Assembly (NCBI GenBank): GCA_038248915.1
Contig: JBBRXB010000003.1
Span: 177,416-241,415 of the forward strand
Source: Candidatus Limnocylindrales bacterium
GTDB taxonomy: Bacteria; Chloroflexota; Limnocylindria; Limnocylindrales; CSP1-4
Length of the DNA stretch: 64,000 nt
Direction of reading: 5' to 3'
Shown: positions 1-9,846 of the stretch, piece after piece
Position numbering within the stretch: position 1 is the stretch's first letter
How the letters are laid out: the number at the start of each line of letters is the position of its first letter
The notes under the pieces: generated by a model
The model's input: only the letters and a program-made list of their open reading frames with translations
Databases searched by the model: none
Told to the model about the DNA's origin: nothing
Made by a program: the position numbers and the translations under genes

Positions 1-174
1 ATCGCCGCGCGGATGACCGGGGCGGGCTTTGGTGGCTGCACGGTCAATCTCGTGCGGCCCACCGCGATCGAGACTCTGGAGGCCGCGGTCTGGGCCCAGT
101 ACCCGGGACGGACAGGATTGACGCCGCGGATCCTGCCGGTCCAGGCCGTGGACGGGGCGGGCCGGCTCGGTTGA
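1..174 (+). CDS. galK: Galactokinase (GHMP kinase), 3' end only
   Basis: Frame 1 reads IAARMTGAGFGGCTVNLV...VDGAGRLG*; ARMTGAGFGGC matches the GalK C-terminal motif. Confidence 0.8.
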   Translation: MAARMTGAGFGGCTVNLVRPTAIETLEAAVWAQYPGRTGLTPRILPVQAVDGAGRLG

Positions 175-223
175 CCGGAGGCCGCAGTGCCGCCCCGCCC
201 CGGGCCAGGCAGGCTCCGAAGTC

Positions 224-383
224 GCCATACTCCCGTCCCGCGAACGTTAGCCAGCCCGATCCGCCCTGAACCTGCCATACATGCGCCGGGCGATCGTGTG
301 GGACCAGAACTGGGCCGAATCGGCCCAGACCGGAACGGATCGTCGGGATCCGCGAGCTGACGTTCGTCGCACGCACGTATGGC
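224..383. repeat. Intergenic element with 28-bp imperfect inverted ends and a central hairpin
   Basis: GCCATACtccCGTcccgCGAACGTtAGC (224-251) versus the reverse complement of 356-383, GCCATACgtgCGTgcgaCGAACGTcAGC; hairpin CTGGGCCGAATCGGCCCAG at 310-328. Confidence 0.55.
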
Positions 384-567
384 CGGTTGCGGCCCGCCCT
401 CTACGTAACGACACACCCACCGAGGCCCACCCGTCTCCACCCTGGTTGCACGACATCCGTAACCTCGCGCCCCGCGTCGTTCCTCGCGTTTCGCGCAGGT
501 ACGGCATGCTTAGCCGATCCGGCCCCGGCCGATCGCACCTCATCCGTTCTCGGAGCCGTCCCCCTTC

Positions 568-3369
568 ATGTCCTCCGCACGAACCGCCGCCAGTCCCCGC
601 GCCCAGCGCCGCACGACCCCGACGACGGTCGGCTGGCTCGGCATCATCCTCTTCGTGTTCCTTGCCGGGCTCGGCGCCATCGCGGCCGTCGCCTCGATCG
701 GGATGTACCTGTCGCTCACGGCCGACCTCAAGCCCGCCAGCGACCTGACGAAGTACACCCTGCCCCAGGAAACGATCATCTACGACCGAACCGGAAAGAT
801 CGAGCTCGCTCGCTTCGGGGACGCCAAGCGCGAGGTCGTGCAGTTCGATGAGATCCCGAAGGTCCTCCTCGATGCGACCACGGCGGTCGAGGACAAGACA
901 TTCTGGGACAACGCCGGCTTCGATCCCGTCGCCATCGCCTCCGCGGCGCTCGATTCGCTCCGCGGCAGCAGCCGCGGAGCCTCGACGATCACGCAGCAGC
1001 TCGTCCGCCAGCGCCTGCTCGATCCGACGCTCGTGCAGGACCCGCATCGGACCGCCGAGCGCAAGCTCAAGGAGATCATCCAGTCGATCCGGGTGACCCA
1101 GCATTTCAGTGGCGAGGACGGCAAGAAGCAGATCATCACGGCCTACCTCAACCAGAATTACTACGGCAACCAGAGCTACGGTGTGAAGGCAGCGGTCCGG
1201 ACGTACTTCGGCATCGACCTCGCGATGATCGACCCGGCCCAGGCCGCGATCATCGCCGGGCTGCCCAAGTCGCCGTCCAACTACGACCTGGTCCGCAACG
1301 CGATCGAGCAGTGCACCACGGTCGTGGCCGACGGCGAGGACTGTCCGAAGTCCCAGCTCGTGGTGCCGCCGGACACCACCGTCGTCCAGCGTCGCGACCA
1401 GATCCTCGAGCTCCTCGCTGCCGGGCGGACACCTGAGTCGGGCTCGCAGTACACCTCGGCCCAGTTCAAGGCAGCCGAGCAGGAGCCGGTCGTCCTCGGC
1501 AGCCAGGCGACGCCTCGCTGGATCGCCCCGCATTTCGTGTGGGCGGTCCGCGACGAGCTCGCGACCAAGCTGTGCGGCCCGGACATCCCCAGCTGTGACG
1601 CTCTGGACCTCGGCGGATTCCGCGTGACGACGACGCTCGACGTCGGGCTCCAGAAGGTCGCCGAGAAGTGGGTCCGCGCCGCAGCCATCGTACCCAACAG
1701 GAAGGACATGACCGCGGCCGCCAAGGCGCTCGGGTTCAAGAAGGTGGAGCCGTGGATGGTTAACCTCAGGAGCAAGGACCTCCACAACGGCGCCCTCGTC
1801 GCCGTCGACTACCAGACCGGCGAGATCATCGCGTACGTCGGGAGCGCGGACTATTACGCCACGTCCACGAAGCCGAACTTCCAGCCACAGTACGACGTGG
1901 CCGGCATGGGCTTCCGCCAGCCGGGCTCAGCTTTCAAGCCGTTCAACTACGTCACCGGCATCAACGACAAGACGATCACGGCCGGCACGATGTTCATGGA
2001 CGTCGTCACGGACTTCGGCGGCGGTTACACCCCGACTGACGCCGACCGGCTGGAGCGCGGCCCAGTCCGGGTACGGAATGCCCTCCAGTTCTCGCTCAAC
2101 ATCCCGGCCGTCAAGGCGATGGCCATCAACAAGCCGGACCACGTCTTCGCCAAGGCGGAGGAATTCGGGATGCAGTTCCAGGGCAAGCGGACAGCGGAGC
2201 TGGCGCTCGCGCTGGGTGTCCAGGAAGTCCGGCCGGTCGATCTCGCGACGGCCTACGGGACGTTGGCCAACGGTGGCAAGGAGATCCCCCATACCGCGAT
2301 CCTCACGATCAAGGACGCCAACGGCACGGACGTCAAGCCGCCGTACGTGCCACCGGCCGGCACCCAGGTCGTCAGCCCGCAGGCCGCGTTCATCGTGACC
2401 GACATCCTCGCCGGCAACACCAACAAGAACATCAACCCCTTCTGGGGCAAGTTCTCCATCAACGGCCCGACCGGTCGGCGCCCGGCCACCCTCAAGACCG
2501 GCACCAACAACGATGCCAAGGACCTCAACGCCTACGGCTACATCGCCCCGCCGACGGAGCAGGGTCGCTCGACCGGCGCGTATGCCCTCGCCGTCGGGGT
2601 CTGGAACGGCAACTCGGACAACAGCCTCGTCTCGACCGCGCGAGCACCGCTGTTCTCGATCGACGTGTCCACGTACGTCTGGCAGGGGTTCCTGAACGAG
2701 GCGACCGCGAAGTGGCCGGTGACGAATTTCAAGCAGCCGGCCGACGGTCTCGTCCAGGTCAAGATCGACCCGTTCACCGGGTTCGCCGCGACCTCGAGCA
2801 AGAATGCCGTCAACGAGTGGTTCATCGCCGGCACGGAGCCGCACGATAAGCTTGCCTCGGACACGTGCGGCATCGACGTCGTCGTTCGGGTCCATGTCGA
2901 GACCGGGTTCGATGCCTGGCTGAAGGCCGATCGCGACTGGCTCCGCCGGGCCGATCGAGGGCCGGGCGTCGCCGGCGGCCCCCAACGGACGCGCACGGCC
3001 TACTTCTACGCGGGTGGCTTCCATCCGTACGGCGCGAGCTGGGGCGCGCTCGTCGGTGGCAGTTGCAAGCCGGCGCCGACCCCGACCTGCTTCGCGATCC
3101 CGACACCGGATCCCAGCGGCGTGATCCCCTCGTTCGCGATCCCGGCCCCGACCGGTTCGGAAGTGGCCGCCCTCCCCTGCCCGCCCACGATCCCGAGCGC
3201 GTCACCGAGTGAAGCGCCCTCGATCGAGCCATCCCTGCCGCCCAGCGAGCCGCCACCCACGCCCGAACCCACCCCCGTACCGACGCCGACGCCGACCCCC
3301 GCGCCGACACCGACGCCGACCCCCGCGCCGACACCGACCCCGACGCCCGTGGTGCCAGCGCCTTCGTGA
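568..3369 (+). CDS. Class A penicillin-binding protein (transglycosylase/transpeptidase) with a Pro/Thr-rich tail
   Basis: N-terminal TM; GT51 motifs EDKTF, GASTITQQL, RKLKE, YLNQNYYG; transpeptidase motifs SAFK, SLN, KTG; C-terminal (PT)n repeats. Confidence 0.93.
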   Translation: MSSARTAASPRAQRRTTPTTVGWLGIILFVFLAGLGAIAAVASIGMYLSLTADLKPASDLTKYTLPQETIIYDRTGKIELARFGDAKREVVQFDEIPKVLLDATTAVEDKTFWDNAGFDPVAIASAALDSLRGSSRGASTITQQLVRQRLLDPTLVQDPHRTAERKLKEIIQSIRVTQHFSGEDGKKQIITAYLNQNYYGNQSYGVKAAVRTYFGIDLAMIDPAQAAIIAGLPKSPSNYDLVRNAIEQCTTVVADGEDCPKSQLVVPPDTTVVQRRDQILELLAAGRTPESGSQYTSAQFKAAEQEPVVLGSQATPRWIAPHFVWAVRDELATKLCGPDIPSCDALDLGGFRVTTTLDVGLQKVAEKWVRAAAIVPNRKDMTAAAKALGFKKVEPWMVNLRSKDLHNGALVAVDYQTGEIIAYVGSADYYATSTKPNFQPQYDVAGMGFRQPGSAFKPFNYVTGINDKTITAGTMFMDVVTDFGGGYTPTDADRLERGPVRVRNALQFSLNIPAVKAMAINKPDHVFAKAEEFGMQFQGKRTAELALALGVQEVRPVDLATAYGTLANGGKEIPHTAILTIKDANGTDVKPPYVPPAGTQVVSPQAAFIVTDILAGNTNKNINPFWGKFSINGPTGRRPATLKTGTNNDAKDLNAYGYIAPPTEQGRSTGAYALAVGVWNGNSDNSLVSTARAPLFSIDVSTYVWQGFLNEATAKWPVTNFKQPADGLVQVKIDPFTGFAATSSKNAVNEWFIAGTEPHDKLASDTCGIDVVVRVHVETGFDAWLKADRDWLRRADRGPGVAGGPQRTRTAYFYAGGFHPYGASWGALVGGSCKPAPTPTCFAIPTPDPSGVIPSFAIPAPTGSEVAALPCPPTIPSASPSEAPSIEPSLPPSEPPPTPEPTPVPTPTPTPAPTPTPTPAPTPTPTPVVPAPS

Positions 3370-4208
3370 CCGACGCGGTCGCTGGGTCGGTCGGCGACGG
3401 CGAACCCTCGACCGTCGTCGAGGTTCGAGACCTCATGGTCCGGCGCGCCGGACGAACCATCCTCGGTCCACTCGACTGGCACATCCGCGACGGCGAGCGC
3501 TGGGTCGTCATCGGTCCGAACGGCTCGGGCAAGACCACCCTGTTGTCCGTCATCGCCCTGGACCTGTGGCCGACCGCGGGAACGGTCGACGTCCTCGGCT
3601 CGCGCTACGGCCAGGTCGATTCCCGCGAGGTCCGGCGTCGCATCGGCGTGTCGGGCAGTGCCGTCGAGGGCACCCTCCGAGGCGATCTGACCCCGATCAC
3701 GCTGGTCATGACCGCGCGCCACGCCGCCACCGAACCGTGGTGGCACGTGTACACGGACGAGGACCGCGACCGGGCGATGGATCTGCTGGTGGGTCTCGGC
3801 CTGGCGAGCGTCGCCGACCACCCATACGGGACGCTGTCCGAAGGCGAACGACGGAGAACCTCCATCGCGCGGGCGCTGATGCCCGACCCCGATCTGCTCC
3901 TCCTCGATGAGCCCGCTGCCAGCCTCGACCTGGGCGCCCGCGAGGTCCTCATCGGCGATGTCGCCCATCTGGCCGACCAGGAGCGCCCGAAAGCCATCGT
4001 GCTTGTCACCCACCACGTCGAGGAGATCCCGTCCGGGTTCACCCATGCGCTCATCCTGTCCGACGGCAAGCTCATCGCGGCCGGTCCGCTCGATTCGATG
4101 GTGACCAACAAGAATCTCAGCCTGGCGTACGAACTCCCGATCAGGGTCGAGCACCGCGACGGTCGGGTGTGGGCCCGGATGCGGATCGACCACCGCCAGC
4201 GCCGGTAG
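3366..4208 (+). CDS. ABC transporter ATP-binding protein (ModF-like)
   Basis: Walker A GPNGSGKT, signature LSEGERRR, Walker B LLLLDEP, VTHH; GTGA overlap with the PBP gene. Confidence 0.88.
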   Translation: MTDAVAGSVGDGEPSTVVEVRDLMVRRAGRTILGPLDWHIRDGERWVVIGPNGSGKTTLLSVIALDLWPTAGTVDVLGSRYGQVDSREVRRRIGVSGSAVEGTLRGDLTPITLVMTARHAATEPWWHVYTDEDRDRAMDLLVGLGLASVADHPYGTLSEGERRRTSIARALMPDPDLLLLDEPAASLDLGAREVLIGDVAHLADQERPKAIVLVTHHVEEIPSGFTHALILSDGKLIAAGPLDSMVTNKNLSLAYELPIRVEHRDGRVWARMRIDHRQRR

Positions 4209-4251
4209 CGCCCGACACGCGAATGTCACACCGAACCGCGAAGATGGCCGA

Positions 4252-5946
4252 GTGAGCACGTCAGCCAGATCGAACCGCGTCACACCGAGCCCCAGGATCG
4301 CCACTACCGGTTGGTGGCGCGACGGGCCGGCCGCTGTCGCGGGCGTCGTCGCGACGCTGACGGCCCTAGGTGTCTCCGAGCTGCTGGCCGGCCTCCTGCC
4401 GGGTGCCTCGTCGCTCGTCGCGGCCATCGGCCAGATCATCGTCGACCACCAGCCGCCCGGCGCCAAGGACCTCGTCGTGGGGCTCTTCGGGACGAACGAC
4501 AAGCTCGCGCTCGAGGTCGGTATCGCCCTCATCGCGCTGCTCATCGGTGCGGGCCTTGGTCTCATGGCGCGGCATCGGTACGAGTTCGCGGTCGCCGCCT
4601 ATGTCGGCTTCGGTGTCATCGGCTTCCTGGCCACGCTCACCGATCCGCTCGGCAGCCCGGCCATCGCCGCGGTCGCGACGGCGATCGCCGTGGGCGCGGG
4701 GCTGTGGGTGCTCGGCTGGCTGCTCGATCGTTCGCGGCCGGCCGCACTGGTCGCTGAGACCGCGGGCGGCACGCTCGTACCCCTCGGGGCTCGCGAGACC
4801 GGGGGCTCTGCACGGCCGATGCCGGTCGACCCGAGCGCGGTCCGCCGAACGATGGGGCGTCCGGTCACCTCGATGCCCGATTGGTCCCGTCGCGCGTTCA
4901 TCATCCGGGCCGGTGCCGTCGGTGTCGGGGCCGTGGCGGCCGGCGTGATCGGGCGCAACCTGCTCGAGCGCCAGCAGACGCCGCCCGTCGGCGCGGGAGC
5001 GGCCATCCCGCCAGCCTCCGTGACCGTCCAACCCCTGACCCCGGACGAAGACCTGTCGACCTCGATCGCCGGCTTGACGCCCATCGTCATGCCCAACGAT
5101 CGGTTCTACCGGATCGACACCTCGCTGCTGACCCCGAGCGTCAGCACGACCGGCTGGACCCTGCGCATCCACGGCATGGTCGATCGCGAGACGGTCCTGA
5201 CCTGGGACCAGCTGGTCGCGCTGCCGATGTTCGAGCAGTACGTGACCATCGCCTGCGTCAGCAACGAGGTCGGCGACAAGCTCGTCGGCAACGCCAAGTG
5301 GACCGGCGTCCGGTTGCGCGACGTGCTCGACATCGCGGGCGTCCAGAACGGCGCCACGCAGATGGTCGGGCGGTCGGTCGATGGCTGGACCGCCGGCACG
5401 CCGACGGCCTGGGTCATGGACCCTTCACGCGAGCCGATGATCGCCGTCAAGATGAACGACGAGCCGCTGCCGCCGATCCATGGCTATCCGGCACGGCTGA
5501 TCGTGCCCGGGTTGTATGGCTACGTGTCGGCGACGAAATGGCTCAAGGAGATCGAGCTGACGACCCTCGAGGCATTCGACGCGTACTGGGTGCCCCTCGG
5601 CTGGGCCAAGGAGGCGCCGATCCTGACGCAGTCGCGGATCGACACGCCGCGTGGCGGCGCCGCGGCGGGCCAGGTCGCCATCGCGGGTATCGCCTGGGCG
5701 CCGGATCGTGGCATCTCGAAGGTCGAGGTCGGCATCGACGGCGTGTGGGGTGACGCCCGACTGTCCCGCCCGATCTCGGACGCGACCTGGGTCCAGTGGG
5801 TCGCGAACTGGGCGGCCACGCCCGGCAGTCACGAGATCCAGGTCCGGGCCACAGACGGCAAGGGCGTCCTCCAGGAGCAGACTCCGTCACCGCCCGCCCC
5901 GGACGGCGCTCGCGGCTGGCACACGGTCTCGGTCAACGTCACCTGA
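4252..5946 (+). CDS. Membrane-bound molybdopterin oxidoreductase (sulfite oxidase family)
   Basis: Several N-terminal TMs, internal SRRAFI motif, FYRID, CVSN, W-T-G-V, HGYPARLIVPGLYG, TKWL, C-terminal dimerisation domain. Confidence 0.9.
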   Translation: MSTSARSNRVTPSPRIATTGWWRDGPAAVAGVVATLTALGVSELLAGLLPGASSLVAAIGQIIVDHQPPGAKDLVVGLFGTNDKLALEVGIALIALLIGAGLGLMARHRYEFAVAAYVGFGVIGFLATLTDPLGSPAIAAVATAIAVGAGLWVLGWLLDRSRPAALVAETAGGTLVPLGARETGGSARPMPVDPSAVRRTMGRPVTSMPDWSRRAFIIRAGAVGVGAVAAGVIGRNLLERQQTPPVGAGAAIPPASVTVQPLTPDEDLSTSIAGLTPIVMPNDRFYRIDTSLLTPSVSTTGWTLRIHGMVDRETVLTWDQLVALPMFEQYVTIACVSNEVGDKLVGNAKWTGVRLRDVLDIAGVQNGATQMVGRSVDGWTAGTPTAWVMDPSREPMIAVKMNDEPLPPIHGYPARLIVPGLYGYVSATKWLKEIELTTLEAFDAYWVPLGWAKEAPILTQSRIDTPRGGAAAGQVAIAGIAWAPDRGISKVEVGIDGVWGDARLSRPISDATWVQWVANWAATPGSHEIQVRATDGKGVLQEQTPSPPAPDGARGWHTVSVNVT

Positions 5947-6007
5947 CCGCCGACCCGACGTTCATGCCGATCCCGTAGCCGTGCAGGCCGTCGATCGTCG
6001 AGGCCCC

Positions 6008-7147
6008 ATGGCGCGCAGGCTCCGACGCCTGATCAGTGGTGACGTGGTGGTCGCCGCCGACGGTCGTCGATGGCATTCTGGCAACGTCATCAAGGCGATC
6101 CTGGCCGCGATCCTCGTCGTGGCGGTGGTCCGTGAGATTCGTCGCCTGGTTTGGCGCTACCCCAAGGGGGTGGACCTGGAGATCCCCCTCCGGGCCGCAG
6201 AGCGGTGGCTGACCGGTGGCGACCCATACCCAGCAGCTGCGTTCCACGGGGCGCACGGCGTGAACCTGCCATTCCTGTATCCGCCGTTCGTGCTGCCGAT
6301 CCTGGCGCCGTTCACCTTCGTGCCGCGACCTGTCGTCATCATCCCGTGGCTGCTCTTGCTCGTCGCGGTCGCCTACCTGTCGGCCCGTCGCCTTGGCTTC
6401 GGGCCGGTCCTGGCCGGCCTCGTCCTGCTATGGCCGCCCTACCTGGAGGCTCTGATGGGGGGCAACATCCAGATCCTGCTGTTCGGCGCGTTCGCAGCCC
6501 TGCTGTACCGCGACGGAGGGCAGCTGGACCCCCGAGACCGGGAGCGTCCAGCGGTCGTGGAGGGGGTCCTCGGGGCCTTCGTGGCGGCCGTCAAGGTGTC
6601 CCAGGTCCAGGCCTGGATCTACGTCCTGCGTCGTCGTCCACCGGCGGCCATGATCGGACTCGCGGTGTTCGCGCTGGTCGCGCTGGTGATGCTCCCCCTC
6701 GTCGGGATCCACCTGTGGTTCGATTGGCTGGCGCAGGCGGGCCGGGCGGGCGACCCGAAGTGGCCAGCCATCGGGTTCCCGCTGTCGAGGTACCTCGGTC
6801 AACCCGTTGGCCTGGCATTGACCGTCATGTCAGTCGTCGCGGTCTTCTTCGTGCCGCCACGGCAGGCAGGCGCCTGGATCGGGATCCTGATGGTGCTCGG
6901 AGCCCCATCTCTGCACATCTTCGGCTTGTTGTTCCTGCTCCCGGCCATGCGCCTCGTCCGTCGGGAGATCGGGCTCCTGGCCGCGATCCTCGTCGCCACC
7001 TATGCGCACGTCTTCATCTGGGCCGCCGTGGCGATGCTCGCGCTGTCGCTGTTGGCCCCGAGGCTCGGCATCAGGTTCACGCTCGAGCCACTTCCTGCGG
7101 GCTCGTTGCCGGACGCAACCGATCAGCACGCAGAGGCATTCGGGTAG
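6008..7147 (+). CDS. Polytopic GT-C glycosyltransferase (GT87/DUF2029-like)
   Basis: DL..PL.AA.RWL.G.DPY, FLYPP and GGNIQ motifs with many TM helices; start codon uncertain. Confidence 0.75.
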   Translation: MARRLRRLISGDVVVAADGRRWHSGNVIKAILAAILVVAVVREIRRLVWRYPKGVDLEIPLRAAERWLTGGDPYPAAAFHGAHGVNLPFLYPPFVLPILAPFTFVPRPVVIIPWLLLLVAVAYLSARRLGFGPVLAGLVLLWPPYLEALMGGNIQILLFGAFAALLYRDGGQLDPRDRERPAVVEGVLGAFVAAVKVSQVQAWIYVLRRRPPAAMIGLAVFALVALVMLPLVGIHLWFDWLAQAGRAGDPKWPAIGFPLSRYLGQPVGLALTVMSVVAVFFVPPRQAGAWIGILMVLGAPSLHIFGLLFLLPAMRLVRREIGLLAAILVATYAHVFIWAAVAMLALSLLAPRLGIRFTLEPLPAGSLPDATDQHAEAFG

Positions 7148-7196
7148 CACCACGGTCTGGCGCCGGCATCGGACTGTTTCGGTATAGAGTCCGGTC

Positions 7197-7760
7197 ATGT
7201 CTCGACGCCGCTACCTGTTCGATCCTCCTGAGCGCTTCGTGGCGGGTACCGTCGGCCAACCCGGCGACCGCACGTTCTTCCTGCAGGCCCGCGACGGGCC
7301 GCGAGTGGTGTCGATCGTGCTGGAGAAGGTCCAGGTCGCCGTCCTCGCCGACCGGCTGGGCGACCTCCTGTCCGAGCTCGAGCGGCGCGGGGTCGAGGCC
7401 GCTACGGCCGAGGTCCCACCCCCGATCGTGGACCTGGCGCCGCTCGATGAGCCGCTCAACGAGGCGTTCCGGGCCGGCTCCCTGACACTTGGCTGGGACG
7501 TCGACGACGAGATGGTGCTGGTCGAGGCGCGCGCCCAGTCCGAGGACGGGGAGCCGATCGATCCGGACGAGGACGACGACGAGGACGAGGACGGCCCGGA
7601 CCTGCTGCGCGTCCGGATCAGCGCGGACGCGGCCCGGTCGTTCGTCGCTCGGGCCGCGCGGATCGTCGGCGCGGGCCGGCCGCCATGTCCGCTGTGCGGC
7701 GCGCCGCTCGATCCGCAGGGCCATATCTGCCCGCGGCGCAACGGTCACTACGTCAACTAG
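7197..7760 (+). CDS. DUF3090 family protein
   Basis: RFVAGTVGQPGDRTFFLQA and C-terminal GRPPCPLCGAPLDPQGHICPRRNGH; leaderless start (TAGAGT 6 nt upstream). Confidence 0.9.
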   Translation: MSRRRYLFDPPERFVAGTVGQPGDRTFFLQARDGPRVVSIVLEKVQVAVLADRLGDLLSELERRGVEAATAEVPPPIVDLAPLDEPLNEAFRAGSLTLGWDVDDEMVLVEARAQSEDGEPIDPDEDDDEDEDGPDLLRVRISADAARSFVARAARIVGAGRPPCPLCGAPLDPQGHICPRRNGHYVN

Positions 7761-7772
7761 CCGAGCCCTGCC

Positions 7773-8507
7773 GTGATCGATCGGGGTACGACGCTCGATG
7801 CCCTGCGCGAGGGTGAGCTGGAGATCGTCGGCCGGATCGTCGAGTCGTCGAACAACGCGATGCTCGTGACCGTCACACGGGTCTGCCCGGATCCGGAGCC
7901 GGAGCTGGTCATCGACGCGATCTACAAGCCCGTGCTCGGCGAGCGTCCGCTCGACGACTTCCCGGACGGGACGCTTGCGCGCCGCGAGGTCGCCGCCTGG
8001 CACCTGTCCGAGGTGACCGGCTGGGGCATCGTCCCGCCGACGATCCTGCGCGACGGTCCGTTCGGCGAGGGAATGGTCCAGGCGTTCATCGAGAGCGATC
8101 CCGAGGTGGATGTCGTGGCGATGGTCGTCGGCGACGACCCGCGGCTGCGCCGGATGGCCGTGCTGGACGCTGTCATGAACAACACCGACCGGAAGGGCGG
8201 TCACATCCTGCCCGTCGATGGTGGGCGGCACATCTACGGCGTGGACCATGGGGTGACGTTCTCACCCGTGCCGAAGCTGCGGACCGTGCTGTGGGGCTGG
8301 CGCGGCAAGCCCTTGGGCGCCGACGAGATCGCCGGGCTCGAGTGCATCCGGGAGGCGATCGATGGGGAGCTCGGCACAACGCTGGGCGGGCTGTTGTCGC
8401 GGCTGGAGGTCCGGGCGACGGTGCGACGAACCGAAGCGCTGTTGACGGCCGGACGGTTCCCCTACCCCTCGCCTGATTGGCCGGCCATCCCATGGCCAGC
8501 GTTCTGA
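7773..8507 (+). CDS. SCO1664 family protein (PI3/PI4-kinase-like fold)
   Basis: YKP..GERPL.DFPDGTLA.RE.AA, NNTDRKGGH, GVDHG, LRTVLWGW, C-terminal WPAIPWP. Confidence 0.9.
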   Translation: MIDRGTTLDALREGELEIVGRIVESSNNAMLVTVTRVCPDPEPELVIDAIYKPVLGERPLDDFPDGTLARREVAAWHLSEVTGWGIVPPTILRDGPFGEGMVQAFIESDPEVDVVAMVVGDDPRLRRMAVLDAVMNNTDRKGGHILPVDGGRHIYGVDHGVTFSPVPKLRTVLWGWRGKPLGADEIAGLECIREAIDGELGTTLGGLLSRLEVRATVRRTEALLTAGRFPYPSPDWPAIPWPAF

Positions 8508-8765
8508 TCTGCCTGCGGTAGGCGGGCGGATAGCCCGCCGATAAAACCCGAGCCGCGGAGAGCCTGGTGCCGCTTCGTGCCCTTCCAGGAGCACCAAACC
8601 GAGCGTCGATGCTCGCGCTCGAGCCATGTTCGCGCGGCGAGACCCGATTCGGAGCCTGTGATCGACCGTTTGCACGAACGTTGCGCTGTGAAGAACACAG
8701 CCTCAGGCGACAATGGAGGCCAACATCTGCCGCACGCCCGAACCGTCGGGACAGGAGGACAAGCG

Positions 8766-9137
8766 ATGAATCTCAACAGCATCCTGATCGGGTCGGAGGA
8801 CCCTGCACGTCTCGCCGACTACTACACAAAGCTCCTCGGAGCGCCCGTCATGAACGAGGGCGGCTACACCACGTGGGTGATCGGGTCGGGCGCCATCACG
8901 GTCGGCGCGCATGACCAGGTCAAGGGTCGCAACACCGAGCCTGGCCGGCTCATCTGGAACATCGAGACGCCCGATGTCAAGGGCGACTTCGCGCGGATGC
9001 AGGCCGCCGGGGCGACCGTCGTCGCGGAGCCGTACACCATGGACATGGACGGGCTGCCGAGCGAAGCGTGGATCGCGACGCTGTCCGACCCCGATGGCAA
9101 CTACTTCCAGCTCACGAGCCCGTTCGACATGGGCTGA
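8766..9137 (+). CDS. VOC/glyoxalase family protein
   Basis: AGGAGG SD; YYTKLLG and DPDGNYFQL VOC motifs. Confidence 0.85.
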   Translation: MNLNSILIGSEDPARLADYYTKLLGAPVMNEGGYTTWVIGSGAITVGAHDQVKGRNTEPGRLIWNIETPDVKGDFARMQAAGATVVAEPYTMDMDGLPSEAWIATLSDPDGNYFQLTSPFDMG

Positions 9138-9224
9138 GGCTGGACGGCGGCCAGGGCGAAACCCACGTGGCGAGGTCCGCGCATCGGACCCCGCCACGAA
9201 CCCGGGATGAACGAACTGGGCTCG

Positions 9225-9728
9225 TCAGGGTCGACCGAAGACCGCCCGGATCCCAGGCTGGTTGAGGTAGTAGATGATCCCGCCATCGATCGCGATCGAG
9301 ATGATCTGGCTGACGATCGACGATCCGCCGATGATGTTCAGGACCGCCAGGACGATGCCGAAGGCGGCTCCCGCGACGCCAAGCGGCCAGGCCCACGGCT
9401 TCAGCGTCCAGGCGCCGTAGGCGAACGCGATGATCAGGCCGGCATACGCGAGGAATGCGAGGCCCAGGATCGCGCCCAGGCCACCGAAGATCGCGGTGCC
9501 GCCGATGAAGATGATGAAGCCACCGAAGAGCGCGAAGACGCCGCCGATGGCAGCGAGGACGGCCAAGATGGTGATGCCGGTCGGGCGGGCGCCTGTGGCC
9601 GTCGCGGCCGGCGGCGTCCAGGTGGTCGACGCGGCCGGTGACGCGGCCGGAGCCGGTGCGGGTGCGGGTGGCTGAGGTGCTGGCGCCGCCGGCGCCGGAG
9701 TCTGATCTGCGGGTGTCGGATCGGTCAT
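9225..9728 (-). CDS. Hypothetical 4-TM membrane protein with a Pro/Ala-rich N-terminus
   Basis: GGAGG SD; RPTGITILAVL...LKPWAW...IIYYLNQP.IRA.F pattern. Confidence 0.75.
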   Translation of the reverse strand: MTDPTPADQTPAPAAPAPQPPAPAPAPAASPAASTTWTPPAATATGARPTGITILAVLAAIGGVFALFGGFIIFIGGTAIFGGLGAILGLAFLAYAGLIIAFAYGAWTLKPWAWPLGVAGAAFGIVLAVLNIIGGSSIVSQIISIAIDGGIIYYLNQPGIRAVFGRP

Positions 9729-9846
9729 GTGACCTGTGCCTCCCTCGCTGGATTCCGGGTCGGTAGCGTCCCGCCGCCCTCGGGCCGAACCCCATCCTAG
9801 CGACCGGATCGAGCCTGACAAGCCTCCCCGCGCAGATCGGGCGGCG

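Noticed and set aside
3262-3348. Tandem DNA repeats at the PBP 3' end
   Set aside because: Encode an ordinary Pro-Thr linker tail
8508-8700. Several hairpins upstream of the VOC gene as a riboswitch or SRP RNA
   Set aside because: No conserved riboswitch or SRP motif recognisable; the first hairpin is explained as the SCO1664 terminator
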